Shown here: piece after piece, positions 40,932-49,641 of the stretch
Numbering within the stretch: the stretch's first letter is position 1
Layout of the letters: the number at the start of each line of letters is the position of its first letter
From: Burkholderiales bacterium
Lineage (GTDB): Bacteria > Pseudomonadota > Gammaproteobacteria > Burkholderiales > JAEUOS01
Direction of reading: 5' to 3'
DNA length: 64,000 bases
NCBI GenBank assembly: GCA_036498945.1
Contig: DASYEQ010000008.1
Coordinates: 50,923 to 114,922, forward strand
Translations under genes and position numbers: made by a program
Notes under the pieces: generated by a model
Told to the model about the DNA's origin: nothing
The model's database searches: none
Seen by the model: the letters and a program-made list of their open reading frames with translations, nothing else

Positions 40932-41918
40932 ATGAACCTGAGAACAACAGTCGCATGCGTGATCGCCGCGGGCCTTCTGGCGGCCTGCGCTTCGGGCAGC
41001 CGGGCGCCCATCGTCGATCGCAATCCGGGCGCGCGCCCGCCCGCCACGGCAGCCGCCCCCGGAGCGCCGGCGGCCCCCTCCGGGCCGGAGTACTACACCG
41101 TCAAGCGCGGGGATACGCTCTATAGCATCGCGCTTGATCACGGCCAGGACTACAAGGAAGTCGCGGCCTGGAACAACCTCACCAACGTCAACGTCATCAG
41201 CGTGGGCCAGGTGCTGCGCGTGGTGCCGCCGGGGCAGGCGGCCCCGGCACCGGTGCCGGGCACGCCCGATGCGAACGGGGTGATCGTGCGGCCGATCGTG
41301 CCTTCCGGCGGCGAGCCGGTGGCGGTGACGCCGGGAGTGGCCGGCCCCGCGGTAGGGGCGGTGAAGACCGAGCCCAACGGCGCCAAGCGGCCTTATTCGG
41401 AAGAGGCATTGGCGCAGGCGCAGCGTGAAGCCACGCGCACCGGCCCCAGCGCCGTGGCCCAGGCTTCGCCTTCGGCCACGGTGCCGCCACCCGCCGCCGG
41501 CACCCCGGTACCCGCCGTGGTGCCGCCGGCAAGGCCCGAGGGCGGGGAAGAGGTCGCCTGGGCGTGGCCCGCCAGCGGCAAGATCATCGGCCAGTTTTCG
41601 GACACCGGCACCAACAAGGGCGTGGACATTGCCGCCAAGGTGGGCGACCCGGTGTACGCCGCCGGCCCCGGCAAGGTGGTGTACGCGGGCCAGGGCCTGC
41701 GCGGCTACGGGCGCCTGATCATCATCAAGCACAACAACACCTACCTCTCCGCCTATGCCCACAACAGCGTGCTGCTGGTGAAGGAAGGGCAGGCCGTGAC
41801 CAAGGGGCAGAAGATCGCCGAGGCGGGCAATACCGACAGCGATACGCCGAAGCTGCATTTCGAAATCCGCCGCCAGGGCAAGCCGGTCGATCCGACCAAG
41901 TACCTGCCCGAGCGTTAG
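40932..41918 (+). CDS. nlpD: LysM + M23 peptidase-domain lipoprotein NlpD
   Basis: MNLRTTVACVIAAGLLAAC lipobox, LysM (YYTVKRGDTLYSIALDHG), a Pro/Ala-rich linker and an M23 domain (GVDIAAKVGDPVYAAGPGKVVYAG...HLHFEIR). An alternative start exists at 40911. Confidence 0.9.
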   Translation: MNLRTTVACVIAAGLLAACASGSRAPIVDRNPGARPPATAAAPGAPAAPSGPEYYTVKRGDTLYSIALDHGQDYKEVAAWNNLTNVNVISVGQVLRVVPPGQAAPAPVPGTPDANGVIVRPIVPSGGEPVAVTPGVAGPAVGAVKTEPNGAKRPYSEEALAQAQREATRTGPSAVAQASPSATVPPPAAGTPVPAVVPPARPEGGEEVAWAWPASGKIIGQFSDTGTNKGVDIAAKVGDPVYAAGPGKVVYAGQGLRGYGRLIIIKHNNTYLSAYAHNSVLLVKEGQAVTKGQKIAEAGNTDSDTPKLHFEIRRQGKPVDPTKYLPER

Positions 41919-41997
41919 GCGCGGCACGTTTCACCCAAGAGGCGCGGCGGGACCGGACCGCCGCGCCGCCGTTCGTCCATCATGCAGTTCATCGTCC

Positions 41998-42915
41998 ATG
42001 CCCCTCGATACACAGATCGTCGCCTGGTTTGAGCGCCTGGGCCGCGAGTTCGGCCCCGCACCGACAGCGCCTGCCGGGCGGCGCGAGCGCTACGTCGACA
42101 TCACGCGCCTGCTGGAGGTGCCGGCGCCCGCGGGCCTGACGCTGCGCGACCTCGACGTGCCGCTTTCGGGGCGCCTGCTCAAGGCCCGCCTCTACCATCC
42201 CGGCGGCAAGCCTGGCCTCGTGGTGTTTTTCCACGGCGGCGGCTGGGTCACCGGTTCGCTCTATACCCACGACGGCTTGTGCCAGCGCATCGCCGCGCAA
42301 AGCGGGTTGGCGGTGGCAAGTGTCGAATATCGCCTGGCGCCGGAGTTTGCGTTTCCCGCGCCTTGCGAGGATGCGCATGAGGCGCTGGAATGGCTGGCCG
42401 CGCATGCGCAGGCGCTGGGCTGCGATGCCGGGCGCATCGGCGTCGGCGGCGACAGCGCCGGCGGCCACCTGGCGGCGGTAAGCGCCTTGACGGCGCGCGA
42501 GCGCGGGCCGAAGCTGGCGTTCCAGTGGCTGATCTACCCGACCATCGTGCCGGACTTTTCGCTCGCCTCCTATGTCGAGCACGGCATGGGGCCGGGGCTC
42601 ACGCAGGCTGACATGGAGTGGTACTGGCGCCAGTTCCTGAACAGCGGCCTGGAGTGCCCGGAATACCGCGCCAGCCCGATGCGCGCCGCCACCCTCGAAG
42701 GCCTGCCGCCGGCGTATGTGCTGGTGGCCGGGCGCGACCCGCTGCGCGATGAGGGCTTGCGCTACGCCGAACTGCTGAAGGAGAAAAAGGTGCCGGTAAC
42801 GGTGGTGCGCGCCGAGAACATGCCGCACGGCTTCGCGCGCCTGTTCCCGGTATCGGAAGCCGCGGCGCGCGAGATCGACGCCGCGATTGCCGCCTTGAAG
42901 GAGGGCATGGCATGA
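41998..42915 (+). CDS. Alpha/beta hydrolase (HSL-type esterase/lipase)
   Basis: HGGGW oxyanion motif and the GDSAGG nucleophile elbow; 305 aa. Confidence 0.85.
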   Translation: MPLDTQIVAWFERLGREFGPAPTAPAGRRERYVDITRLLEVPAPAGLTLRDLDVPLSGRLLKARLYHPGGKPGLVVFFHGGGWVTGSLYTHDGLCQRIAAQSGLAVASVEYRLAPEFAFPAPCEDAHEALEWLAAHAQALGCDAGRIGVGGDSAGGHLAAVSALTARERGPKLAFQWLIYPTIVPDFSLASYVEHGMGPGLTQADMEWYWRQFLNSGLECPEYRASPMRAATLEGLPPAYVLVAGRDPLRDEGLRYAELLKEKKVPVTVVRAENMPHGFARLFPVSEAAAREIDAAIAALKEGMA

Positions 42916-43700
42916 CACCCATACTCGTATTCGATATCGAGACCGTGCCGGACGTGGCGGGTTACCGCGTGCTCGAAAACCTGCCGGCCGAACTGGCGGA
43001 TGCCGACGTCGCCGAGATGGCGTTTCATCACCGCCGCGCGCAGACCGGTTCCGACTTCATGCCGCTGCACCTGCAGAAGGTGGTGGCGATCTCCTGCGTG
43101 CTGCGCGCGGGCGAAAGCTGGAAGGTGTGGTCGGTGGGCACGCTGGAAGACGACGAGGCGACCCTGATCCAGCGCTTTTACGACGGCATCGAGAAGTTCA
43201 CCCCGACGATCGTCTCGTGGAACGGCGGCGGCTTCGACCTGCCGGTGCTGCATTACCGCGGGCTGATCCACGGGGTGACCGCCGAGCGCTACTGGGACCT
43301 GGGCGACGGCGACTACAACGACAGCCGCGACTTCAAGTGGAACAACTACATCAGCCGTTACCACACGCGGCACACCGACCTGATGGACCTGCTGGCGATG
43401 TACCAGCCGCGCGCCAGCGCGCCGCTGGACGCGCTGGCCAAGCTCTCCGGCTTTCCCGGCAAGCTGGGCATGGACGGCAGCGCGGTGTGGGGCGCGTACA
43501 GCGCCGGCAAGCTGGAAGAGATCCGCAATTATTGCGAGACCGACGTGGTGAACACGTATCTGGTCTACCTGCGCTTCCAGAGGATGCGCGGCCACATGGA
43601 TGCCGCCGCCTATGAGCGCGAAGTGGCGCTGGTGCGCGAGACGCTGGAAGGCATGGGTGAATCGCACTGGCGCGAATACCTGGAGGCATGGAAGACTTGA
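42912..43700 (+). CDS. Predicted 3'-5' exonuclease (RNase H-like, PolB-exonuclease-related)
   Basis: [11 protein letters not shown] (ExoI-like DxE), [11 protein letters not shown] (ExoII-like) and [10 protein letters not shown] (ExoIII-like YxxxD). It forms an ATGA overlap with the esterase gene. Confidence 0.75.
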   Translation: MTPILVFDIETVPDVAGYRVLENLPAELADADVAEMAFHHRRAQTGSDFMPLHLQKVVAISCVLRAGESWKVWSVGTLEDDEATLIQRFYDGIEKFTPTIVSWNGGGFDLPVLHYRGLIHGVTAERYWDLGDGDYNDSRDFKWNNYISRYHTRHTDLMDLLAMYQPRASAPLDALAKLSGFPGKLGMDGSAVWGAYSAGKLEEIRNYCETDVVNTYLVYLRFQRMRGHMDAAAYEREVALVRETLEGMGESHWREYLEAWKT

Positions 43701-45118
43701 GACACGGCGCGCCAAAAGAACGCAGGGGGATGGTCGAAGGCGAAAGCATGGGCGCAGCGATGGAACTGCTGGTCGAATCGGTCGATCACGAGGCGCGCGG
43801 GGTGGCGCACCACGAAGGCAAGGCAATTTTTGTCGACGGCGCCCTGCCGGGCGAGCGGGTGCAGGCGGCCTCCTATCGCAAGAAGGCGCGCTTCGAGAAC
43901 GCGCAGATCATTGCCGTTCTGAAGGCCTCGTCCTCGCGCGTGACGCCGCGCTGCCCGCATTTCGGCGTCTGCGGGGGCTGCTCGATGCAGCATGCGGACG
44001 TGCACGCCCAGGTGGCGATCAAGCAGCGCGTGCTGGAAGACAATCTGCGCCACATCGGCCGGGTGAGCCCCGAGGTGATGCTGCGGCCGATCCACGGGCC
44101 GGGCTGGGAATACCGCTACCGCGCCCGCTTTTCGGTGCGCGACGTGCCGAAAAAGGGCGGCGTGCTGGTCGGCTTTCGCGAGCGCAGCAGCAGCTACGTG
44201 GCGGACATGCGCGAATGCCACGTGGTACCGAAACGCATTTCCGACCTGCTGGTGCCGCTGCGCGAACTGGTGGCCGGGCTGTCGGTGCACGACCAGTTGC
44301 CACAGATCGAATTGGCCATCGGGACAAAAGTGGTCGTACTGGTGCTGCGCCATCTCGCTCCATTGACCGCGGGGGACGAGGCGCAGGTGAAGGCCTTCGC
44401 CGAGCGCCACCAGGTGCAGATGTGGCTGCAAAGCAAGGGGCCGGAAACGGTGGTGCCGTTCTGGCCGCTGGAGGCGCCGGGCTTGAGCTACGAGTTGGAA
44501 GAATTCGGCATCTCGATGCCATTCACGCCGACCGACTTCACCCAGGTGAACCACCAGATCAACGCCGCCCTGGTCGGCCGCGCGGTGCGCCTGCTTGATC
44601 CGCAACCTGATGAACGCATCGGCGATTTCTTTTGCGGCCTGGGCAATTTCACCCTGCCGATCGCGCGCAAAGCACGTGAGGTAGTCGGGGTCGAAGGCAG
44701 CGCCTCGCTGGTCAAGCGCGCGGGCGAGAACGCGGCGCACAATGGCCTGTCGACCAGGACGGGTTTCCAGGTGGCGAATTTGTTCGAGGCGACGCCGGAG
44801 AGCATCGCCGCGCTGGGGCGCTTCGACAAGGTGCTGGTCGACCCGCCGCGCGACGGCGCGATGGAGCTGGTCAAGGCACTCGGCGCCCAGGGCGAGGCGG
44901 CGCCGCGGCGCATCGTCTACGTTTCCTGCAACCCCTCGACCCTGGCGCGCGACGCGGAGGCGCTGGTGAACCTGTACGGCTATGCACTGAAGGTCGCCGG
45001 AGTGGTGAACATGTTCCCGCATACCTCGCACGTCGAGTCCATCGCCGTGTTCGAGCGCCAGCCGGGCTGGGTGCCGCCGCAGGCGGCCACGCCTGACATC
45101 GCAGAGACACTCGGATAA
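43688..45118 (+). CDS. rlmD: 23S rRNA (uracil-C5)-methyltransferase RlmD
   Basis: TRAM domain, Fe-S cysteines [10 protein letters not shown], and SAM-MTase motifs [12 protein letters not shown] and [12 protein letters not shown]. The start is uncertain among the ATGs at 43688-43760. Confidence 0.9.
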   Translation: MEDLRHGAPKERRGMVEGESMGAAMELLVESVDHEARGVAHHEGKAIFVDGALPGERVQAASYRKKARFENAQIIAVLKASSSRVTPRCPHFGVCGGCSMQHADVHAQVAIKQRVLEDNLRHIGRVSPEVMLRPIHGPGWEYRYRARFSVRDVPKKGGVLVGFRERSSSYVADMRECHVVPKRISDLLVPLRELVAGLSVHDQLPQIELAIGTKVVVLVLRHLAPLTAGDEAQVKAFAERHQVQMWLQSKGPETVVPFWPLEAPGLSYELEEFGISMPFTPTDFTQVNHQINAALVGRAVRLLDPQPDERIGDFFCGLGNFTLPIARKAREVVGVEGSASLVKRAGENAAHNGLSTRTGFQVANLFEATPESIAALGRFDKVLVDPPRDGAMELVKALGAQGEAAPRRIVYVSCNPSTLARDAEALVNLYGYALKVAGVVNMFPHTSHVESIAVFERQPGWVPPQAATPDIAETLG

Positions 45119-45131
45119 CAAGTAGCGCAAT

Positions 45132-45159
45132 AAAAAAGGCGGCCCGCAGGCCGCCTTTT
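45132..45159. terminator. Bidirectional intrinsic terminator (rlmD / BI-1 gene)
   Basis: aaaaaaGGCGGCCcgcaGGCCGCCtttt between convergent genes. Confidence 0.85.
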
Positions 45160-45176
45160 CAAATGCCGAGCCGCGA

Positions 45177-45866
45177 TCAGTTGCGGTTGCTGCCGCCGAA
45201 GATCGAAAGCAGCGAGACGAAGATGTTGTAGATGCTGATCACCAGGGTCAGGGTGGCGGAGATGTAGTTGGTCTCGCCATTGGTGACGATCTGGTTCAGC
45301 TGATACAGGATCATCAGCGACGAGAACATGATGAACATCGCCGAGATCATCAGCGAGAACGCCGGGATCGCCAGGAACACGTTGGCAACCATGGCGATCA
45401 GCAGCACGATGGCGCCGATGGTGAGGAACTTCGCCATGCCGTTGAGCGGGCGCTTGATCGCGGTGCCGATGGCCGCCATGCCGCCGAACACGCCGGCGGT
45501 GCCGAGCGCGCAGAAGGCGACGATCATGCCGCCGCCGGCCTTGTGCAGCACCATTTGCAGCAGCGGGCCCATCATCAGGCCGAGCACGGCGGTGAAGACG
45601 AACATCAGGACGACGCCGAGGCCGCTGTTGCGATTGGCCTGGATGGCGAACATCAGGCCGTAGGTGACGATCATGAAGCCGAAGAACGCCACCATGGGGC
45701 TGGTGGCCATGAAGGCGAACGACATGTTCGAGCCGATCACGGCGCCGATCGCCATGGGGATCAGCGCGAGCGCGGTCAGCATGTAGGTGTTGCGCAATAC
45801 TTTGTTGCGCTCGACTGCACCCGCCTGGCCGTAGCCCAGGGAAGTGACATTGTTATCGTAGTCCAT
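45177..45866 (-). CDS. Bax inhibitor-1/YccA family membrane protein
   Basis: 229 aa, 7 TM, N-terminal ...RNKVLRNTYMLTALAL typical of BI-1/YccA. A strong SD (AAGGAGG) precedes the ATG. Confidence 0.88.
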   Translation of the reverse strand: MDYDNNVTSLGYGQAGAVERNKVLRNTYMLTALALIPMAIGAVIGSNMSFAFMATSPMVAFFGFMIVTYGLMFAIQANRNSGLGVVLMFVFTAVLGLMMGPLLQMVLHKAGGGMIVAFCALGTAGVFGGMAAIGTAIKRPLNGMAKFLTIGAIVLLIAMVANVFLAIPAFSLMISAMFIMFSSLMILYQLNQIVTNGETNYISATLTLVISIYNIFVSLLSIFGGSNRN

Positions 45867-46064
45867 ACCGACCTCCTTAAAATGCCGGGAACCCGGCTTG
45901 CAACCATAAGACTACCACTGCCGGCAAAAGTTGCAAGAAGATCATGCCGGACGGGCCAGGTAAAGCGATGGAATTGTCATATTTCGGGGCGTTTCCGGAA
46001 ATTTCAAGGAACCCCTACGGAAAAGGTCCGGTTTATTGTCCGGACAGTGACTGGAAAGCCGGCG

Positions 46065-46430
46065 CTATTTCAGCATCCCGGCCAGTTCACCCGAGTCGAT
46101 CAGCGCCTTCAGGTTGTCGGCGCCGCCGATCAGCGTGCCCTTGACGAATACCAGCGGCAGGGTGGGCCAGCCGGTCCACATTTTCAGCGCCAGGCGGCGC
46201 CGCCAGCCGTTCAAGTAGCTGCCGTATTCGAGATATTTATACGCGATTTTTTGCGTATCCAGCAGGCGACGTGCCTTTTTGGGATACGGGTTCTGCGCCA
46301 TGCCGATCACGACGACCGCATTGGCGGCGACCGCGGCCTGCACCTCGGCGAGGATATCGGCGTCGTAGCTGGCGACGCGCTCGCGGATGGCGGGGTGCAG
46401 GTGGCTTTGGTCGAGAATCGGGCGCGGCAT
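46065..46430 (-). CDS. Glutaredoxin-fold protein lacking any cysteine
   Basis: 121 aa with the monothiol-Grx-like core VVVIGMAQNPYPKKARRLL...WPTLPLVFVKGTLIGGADNLKALIDSGEL. The CGFS/CPYC position reads NPYP, and the protein contains no Cys. SD AGGAG. Confidence 0.75.
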   Translation of the reverse strand: MPRPILDQSHLHPAIRERVASYDADILAEVQAAVAANAVVVIGMAQNPYPKKARRLLDTQKIAYKYLEYGSYLNGWRRRLALKMWTGWPTLPLVFVKGTLIGGADNLKALIDSGELAGMLK

Positions 46431-46556
46431 CGCAGGCTCCTGAAGGCAATGGCGCCAGTGTGTCGCCGTTTCGTTGCTGATTTGTTGCTGGCGCGTCGCG
46501 GTTCGTGTTTCAAGCTCTGCTGGTTGCCGCTGCCGCGCCGGCGCGGCAGCGTGCAG

Positions 46557-46850
46557 TCAGGCCTCAGGCCTTTTCCGGCCGTAGAGGTCGCGCAGTTCGT
46601 CCTTGGCTTTTTCGAGGGTCTTGCGGCGCGTCGGCGAGAGCTTGCGGCCCATGCGGTTGATGAAAAAGTTGAGCATGGACATGGCCGAACGGAAGGGCGA
46701 CGACTTGCGGCGCCGGCTGTGCTCGGCCGAACTCTTCAGCGACAGTGCGATGCGCCGCGGGCTGCGCTGGGTGAAGATGTTGGGCTCCAGGGTCAGGGCG
46801 TCGCTTTCACGGCCGACGCGCGCCGACCAGCGGTGGGCGGCGGTGCTCAT
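46557..46850 (-). CDS. DUF3175-like small basic protein
   Basis: 97 aa, SD AGGAGA, sequence ...LTLEPNIFTQRSPRRIALSLKSSAE...LNFFINRMGRKL. The family name is from memory. Confidence 0.65.
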   Translation of the reverse strand: MSTAAHRWSARVGRESDALTLEPNIFTQRSPRRIALSLKSSAEHSRRRKSSPFRSAMSMLNFFINRMGRKLSPTRRKTLEKAKDELRDLYGRKRPEA

Positions 46851-46871
46851 GGGATTCTCCTATGAAAGGGG

Positions 46872-47156
46872 CTACGTGCGGTCGCTGTTCTTGCGCTCGC
46901 GCAGGTTGCGGCTGCCGGGATCGACGGCATCTTCGACCTCGATGCCCGGCGGCAGGCCGGTGTGCACGATGTGCTTGAAGCTGCCCTCGGGTTTTTGCTG
47001 CGGTTTGGGTTCCGCGCTGGAAAGCGGGCGGGTACCGTCGGCGGGCTGCGCACGGCCTTCGGCGTGCGCGCCTTGCAGCAGCTCCTTTTCGCGCTGGGCG
47101 GGGCTGCGCTCGTCGGCGGTGTTGAAGTTTGGCTTGGATGAATCGCGATCTTGCAT
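46872..47156 (-). CDS. Small hydrophilic hypothetical protein
   Basis: ATG at 47156 is preceded by AAGGAGG at 5-nt spacing (MQDRDSSKPNFNTADERSP...). It is 94 aa, charged/disordered, with no recognisable domain. Confidence 0.55.
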   Translation of the reverse strand: MQDRDSSKPNFNTADERSPAQREKELLQGAHAEGRAQPADGTRPLSSAEPKPQQKPEGSFKHIVHTGLPPGIEVEDAVDPGSRNLRERKNSDRT

Positions 47157-47393
47157 GATGGCCTCCTTGGCATGATTCACGCCCGCCGTGGCAATTGTTT
47201 CGATGGCGGGTTATTGAATGGAGCAAGGCGCATGCGCACCGCGGTGCAGGCGACGCCGCCAGCTCTAAGTCAAAGCTGCAATTGCCGGTAGGAAGTACCA
47301 GTACAAAGGCCGCTGCAGCGCGAATGCGGCGCGGCAGCATGGGCATGGCGGCTGCTAAACCCTTGAAGGACACCACCTTTCAAGGAGAACAGC

Positions 47394-47909
47394 ATGGACC
47401 GAGCCCTTTACTGCATCGCGCGCACCAGCGCGCAGGCCGAACGCATCATCACGGAACTGAAACAGGTCGGCTTTCTGGGCGACGACATTTCCGTGCTGCT
47501 GGCCGACAAGGGCGGCACGCGCGATTTTGCGCACGAGCACAACACCAAGGCGCCGGAGGGCGCGGTGGCAGGTGGCGTCGCGGGCATGGGCGCCGGCGCG
47601 GTGCTGGGCTGGCTGGCGGGCATCGGCACGCTCACCATTCCCGGTGTCGGGCCATTCCTCGCGGCAGGGCCGGTGATGGCGGCGCTTTCCGCGGCCGCGG
47701 TGGGCACCGCCGCCGGCGGCGTCATCGGTGCGCTCGCCGGCGTGGGGATACCGGAATACGAAGCCAAGCTGTTCGAGGGCAAGCTGCGCGCCGGCAATAT
47801 CCTGATCTCGGCGCACACCGAAGACAGCAAGCAGCGCCGCCGTGCGCGCGAGATTTTCCAGGCCGCCGGCGCGGAGAACATCGCCTCTGCCGCAGAAGCC
47901 ACGGTGTAG
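47394..47909 (+). CDS. Glycine-zipper membrane protein with general-stress-protein-like soluble ends
   Basis: 171 aa, SD AAGGAG. A central Gly-zipper TM region (GVAGMGAGAVLGWLAGIGTL...AAGGVIGALAGVGIP) is flanked by small soluble modules. Confidence 0.7.
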   Translation: MDRALYCIARTSAQAERIITELKQVGFLGDDISVLLADKGGTRDFAHEHNTKAPEGAVAGGVAGMGAGAVLGWLAGIGTLTIPGVGPFLAAGPVMAALSAAAVGTAAGGVIGALAGVGIPEYEAKLFEGKLRAGNILISAHTEDSKQRRRAREIFQAAGAENIASAAEATV

Positions 47910-47954
47910 CGGGAAGGTATGTAGCGAAAAGTTGTCAGCGAAAGGTTCATCAAC

Positions 47955-48644
47955 ATGGCAGACGAAAAGCAGGGCGCCCGCGCGCGACTGAGCCGCCGCG
48001 CCTTCATGCAGGGCACGGCGGCAGGTGCTGCCGCCACCGTCCTGCCGGCGGCGCACGCGCAAAGCGATACGGTTGCAGTGGCGGCACAGGCGCGCAGCGC
48101 GCCGGTGCCGCCGCCCGCAAGCGGCGACGAACTCACCCTCAATGTCAACGGCCGCGCGCAGGTGATGCGGGTCGAACCCACCGTCACCCTGCTGGACGCC
48201 TTGCGCGACCACGCGGGGCTTACCGGCACCAAGAAGGGCTGCGACCACGGCCAGTGCGGCGCCTGCACCGTGCTGATCAACGGCCGGCGCGTCAATTCCT
48301 GCCTGACGCTGGCGATGATGCACGATGGCGAAGAGATCACCACCATCGAAGGCCTGGCGCAAAACGGCCGCCTGCATGAGGTGCAGGCCGCCTTCGTCGA
48401 GTACGACGCCTTCCAGTGCGGCTACTGTACGCCGGGGCAGATATGTTCCTCGGTGGCGATGCTGGCGGAGGCCGAAGCCGGCACGCCCAGCGCCGTCACC
48501 AGCGATGCCGACCTGCGGGGCGGGCGCACGCCGCAACTGTCGGATGCCGAGATCCGCGAGCGCATGAGCGGTAACATCTGCCGCTGCGGTGCCTATCCCA
48601 ACATCGTCGCCGCCTTGCGCGCGGTGTACGGCAAGAGCGCATAG
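47955..48644 (+). CDS. Aldehyde oxidoreductase [2Fe-2S] subunit with Tat signal (PaoA/YagT-like)
   Basis: Twin-arginine signal LSRRAFMQGTAAGAAATVLPAAHA. It has plant-type and second 2Fe-2S cysteine clusters (CDHGQCGACTV; CGYCTPG...CRCGAY). Confidence 0.88.
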   Translation: MADEKQGARARLSRRAFMQGTAAGAAATVLPAAHAQSDTVAVAAQARSAPVPPPASGDELTLNVNGRAQVMRVEPTVTLLDALRDHAGLTGTKKGCDHGQCGACTVLINGRRVNSCLTLAMMHDGEEITTIEGLAQNGRLHEVQAAFVEYDAFQCGYCTPGQICSSVAMLAEAEAGTPSAVTSDADLRGGRTPQLSDAEIRERMSGNICRCGAYPNIVAALRAVYGKSA

Positions 48645-48654
48645 GGAGGCCGCC

Positions 48655-49641
48655 ATGCAAGCATTCAGCTATACGCGGCCGGCCAGCGTCGATGAAGCCC
48701 TGCGTGCCGGCGCGGCCGACGGCAGCGTCTTCATCGGTGGTGGCACCAACCTGCTTGACCTGGTCAAGAACGACGTGGCGAAACCGATTCGCCTGGTCGA
48801 CATCAATCGCCTGCCGCTGGCGGTGATCAGCGAGACGCCCGGCGGCGGCCTGTCGATCGGCGCTTTGGCGCGCAACAGCGACACCGCCTATCACGCGCTG
48901 GTGCGCACCCGTTACCCCGTATTGAGCCAGGCGTTGCTGGCCGGCGCGTCGCCGCAGTTGCGCAACATGGCCACCGTCGGCGGCAACCTGATGCAGCGCA
49001 CCCGCTGCGGCTATTTCACCGACACCGGCTTTGCCATGTGCAACAAGCGCAACCCTGGCAGCGGTTGCGCCGCCTTGCAGGGGCGCAACCGCATGCACGC
49101 GGTGCTGGGCGGCAGCGCGCAATGCGTGGCCGTCAATCCTTCGGACATGAGTGTGGCCTTGGCTGCGCTGGATGCCTCGGTGGTGCTGCGTGGGCCGCAA
49201 GGCGAGCGGCGTGTGGCGCTGACCGAATTCCACCGCGTGCCCGGCAACACGCCGGAGCGCGACACCAACCTGATGCCGGGTGAACTGATCACCGCGGTGG
49301 AACTGCCGCCTCCAATGCCGAACGCGCGTTCGCACTATCTGAAGGTGCGCGACCGCGCCAGCTACGCCTTTGCGCTGGCGTCCGCCGCGGTGGTGCTGGA
49401 TACCGACGGCCGCACGATCCGCAGCGCGCGCATCGCTTTGGGTGGCGTGGCGACCAAGCCCTGGCGCGCACTTGCCACCGAGCGCGCGCTGGCGGGGCAG
49501 CGCATGGACGCGGCGGTGTTTCGGCGCGCGGCCGCGCTGGCGGTGCGCGATGCGCATCCCCTGCGCGAGAACGCGTTCAAGATCGAACTGGCGCAGCGCA
49601 CCGTGGTGCGCGCGCTGCAGGAAGCCGGAGGTGCGGCATGA
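48655..49641 (+). CDS. Aldehyde oxidoreductase FAD-binding subunit (PaoB/YagS-like)
   Basis: ATG at 48655 behind GGGAGG, FAD-binding motif IGGGTNLLDL, CO-dehydrogenase flavoprotein-like C-terminus. Confidence 0.85.
   Translation: MQAFSYTRPASVDEALRAGAADGSVFIGGGTNLLDLVKNDVAKPIRLVDINRLPLAVISETPGGGLSIGALARNSDTAYHALVRTRYPVLSQALLAGASPQLRNMATVGGNLMQRTRCGYFTDTGFAMCNKRNPGSGCAALQGRNRMHAVLGGSAQCVAVNPSDMSVALAALDASVVLRGPQGERRVALTEFHRVPGNTPERDTNLMPGELITAVELPPPMPNARSHYLKVRDRASYAFALASAAVVLDTDGRTIRSARIALGGVATKPWRALATERALAGQRMDAAVFRRAAALAVRDAHPLRENAFKIELAQRTVVRALQEAGGAA

Noticed and set aside
41919-41997. An rpoS gene expected after surE-pcm-nlpD is absent; an esterase gene follows instead.
   Set aside because: Absence at this position is not evidence of loss, because rpoS may be elsewhere or lacking in this lineage. 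It cannot be judged from one window.
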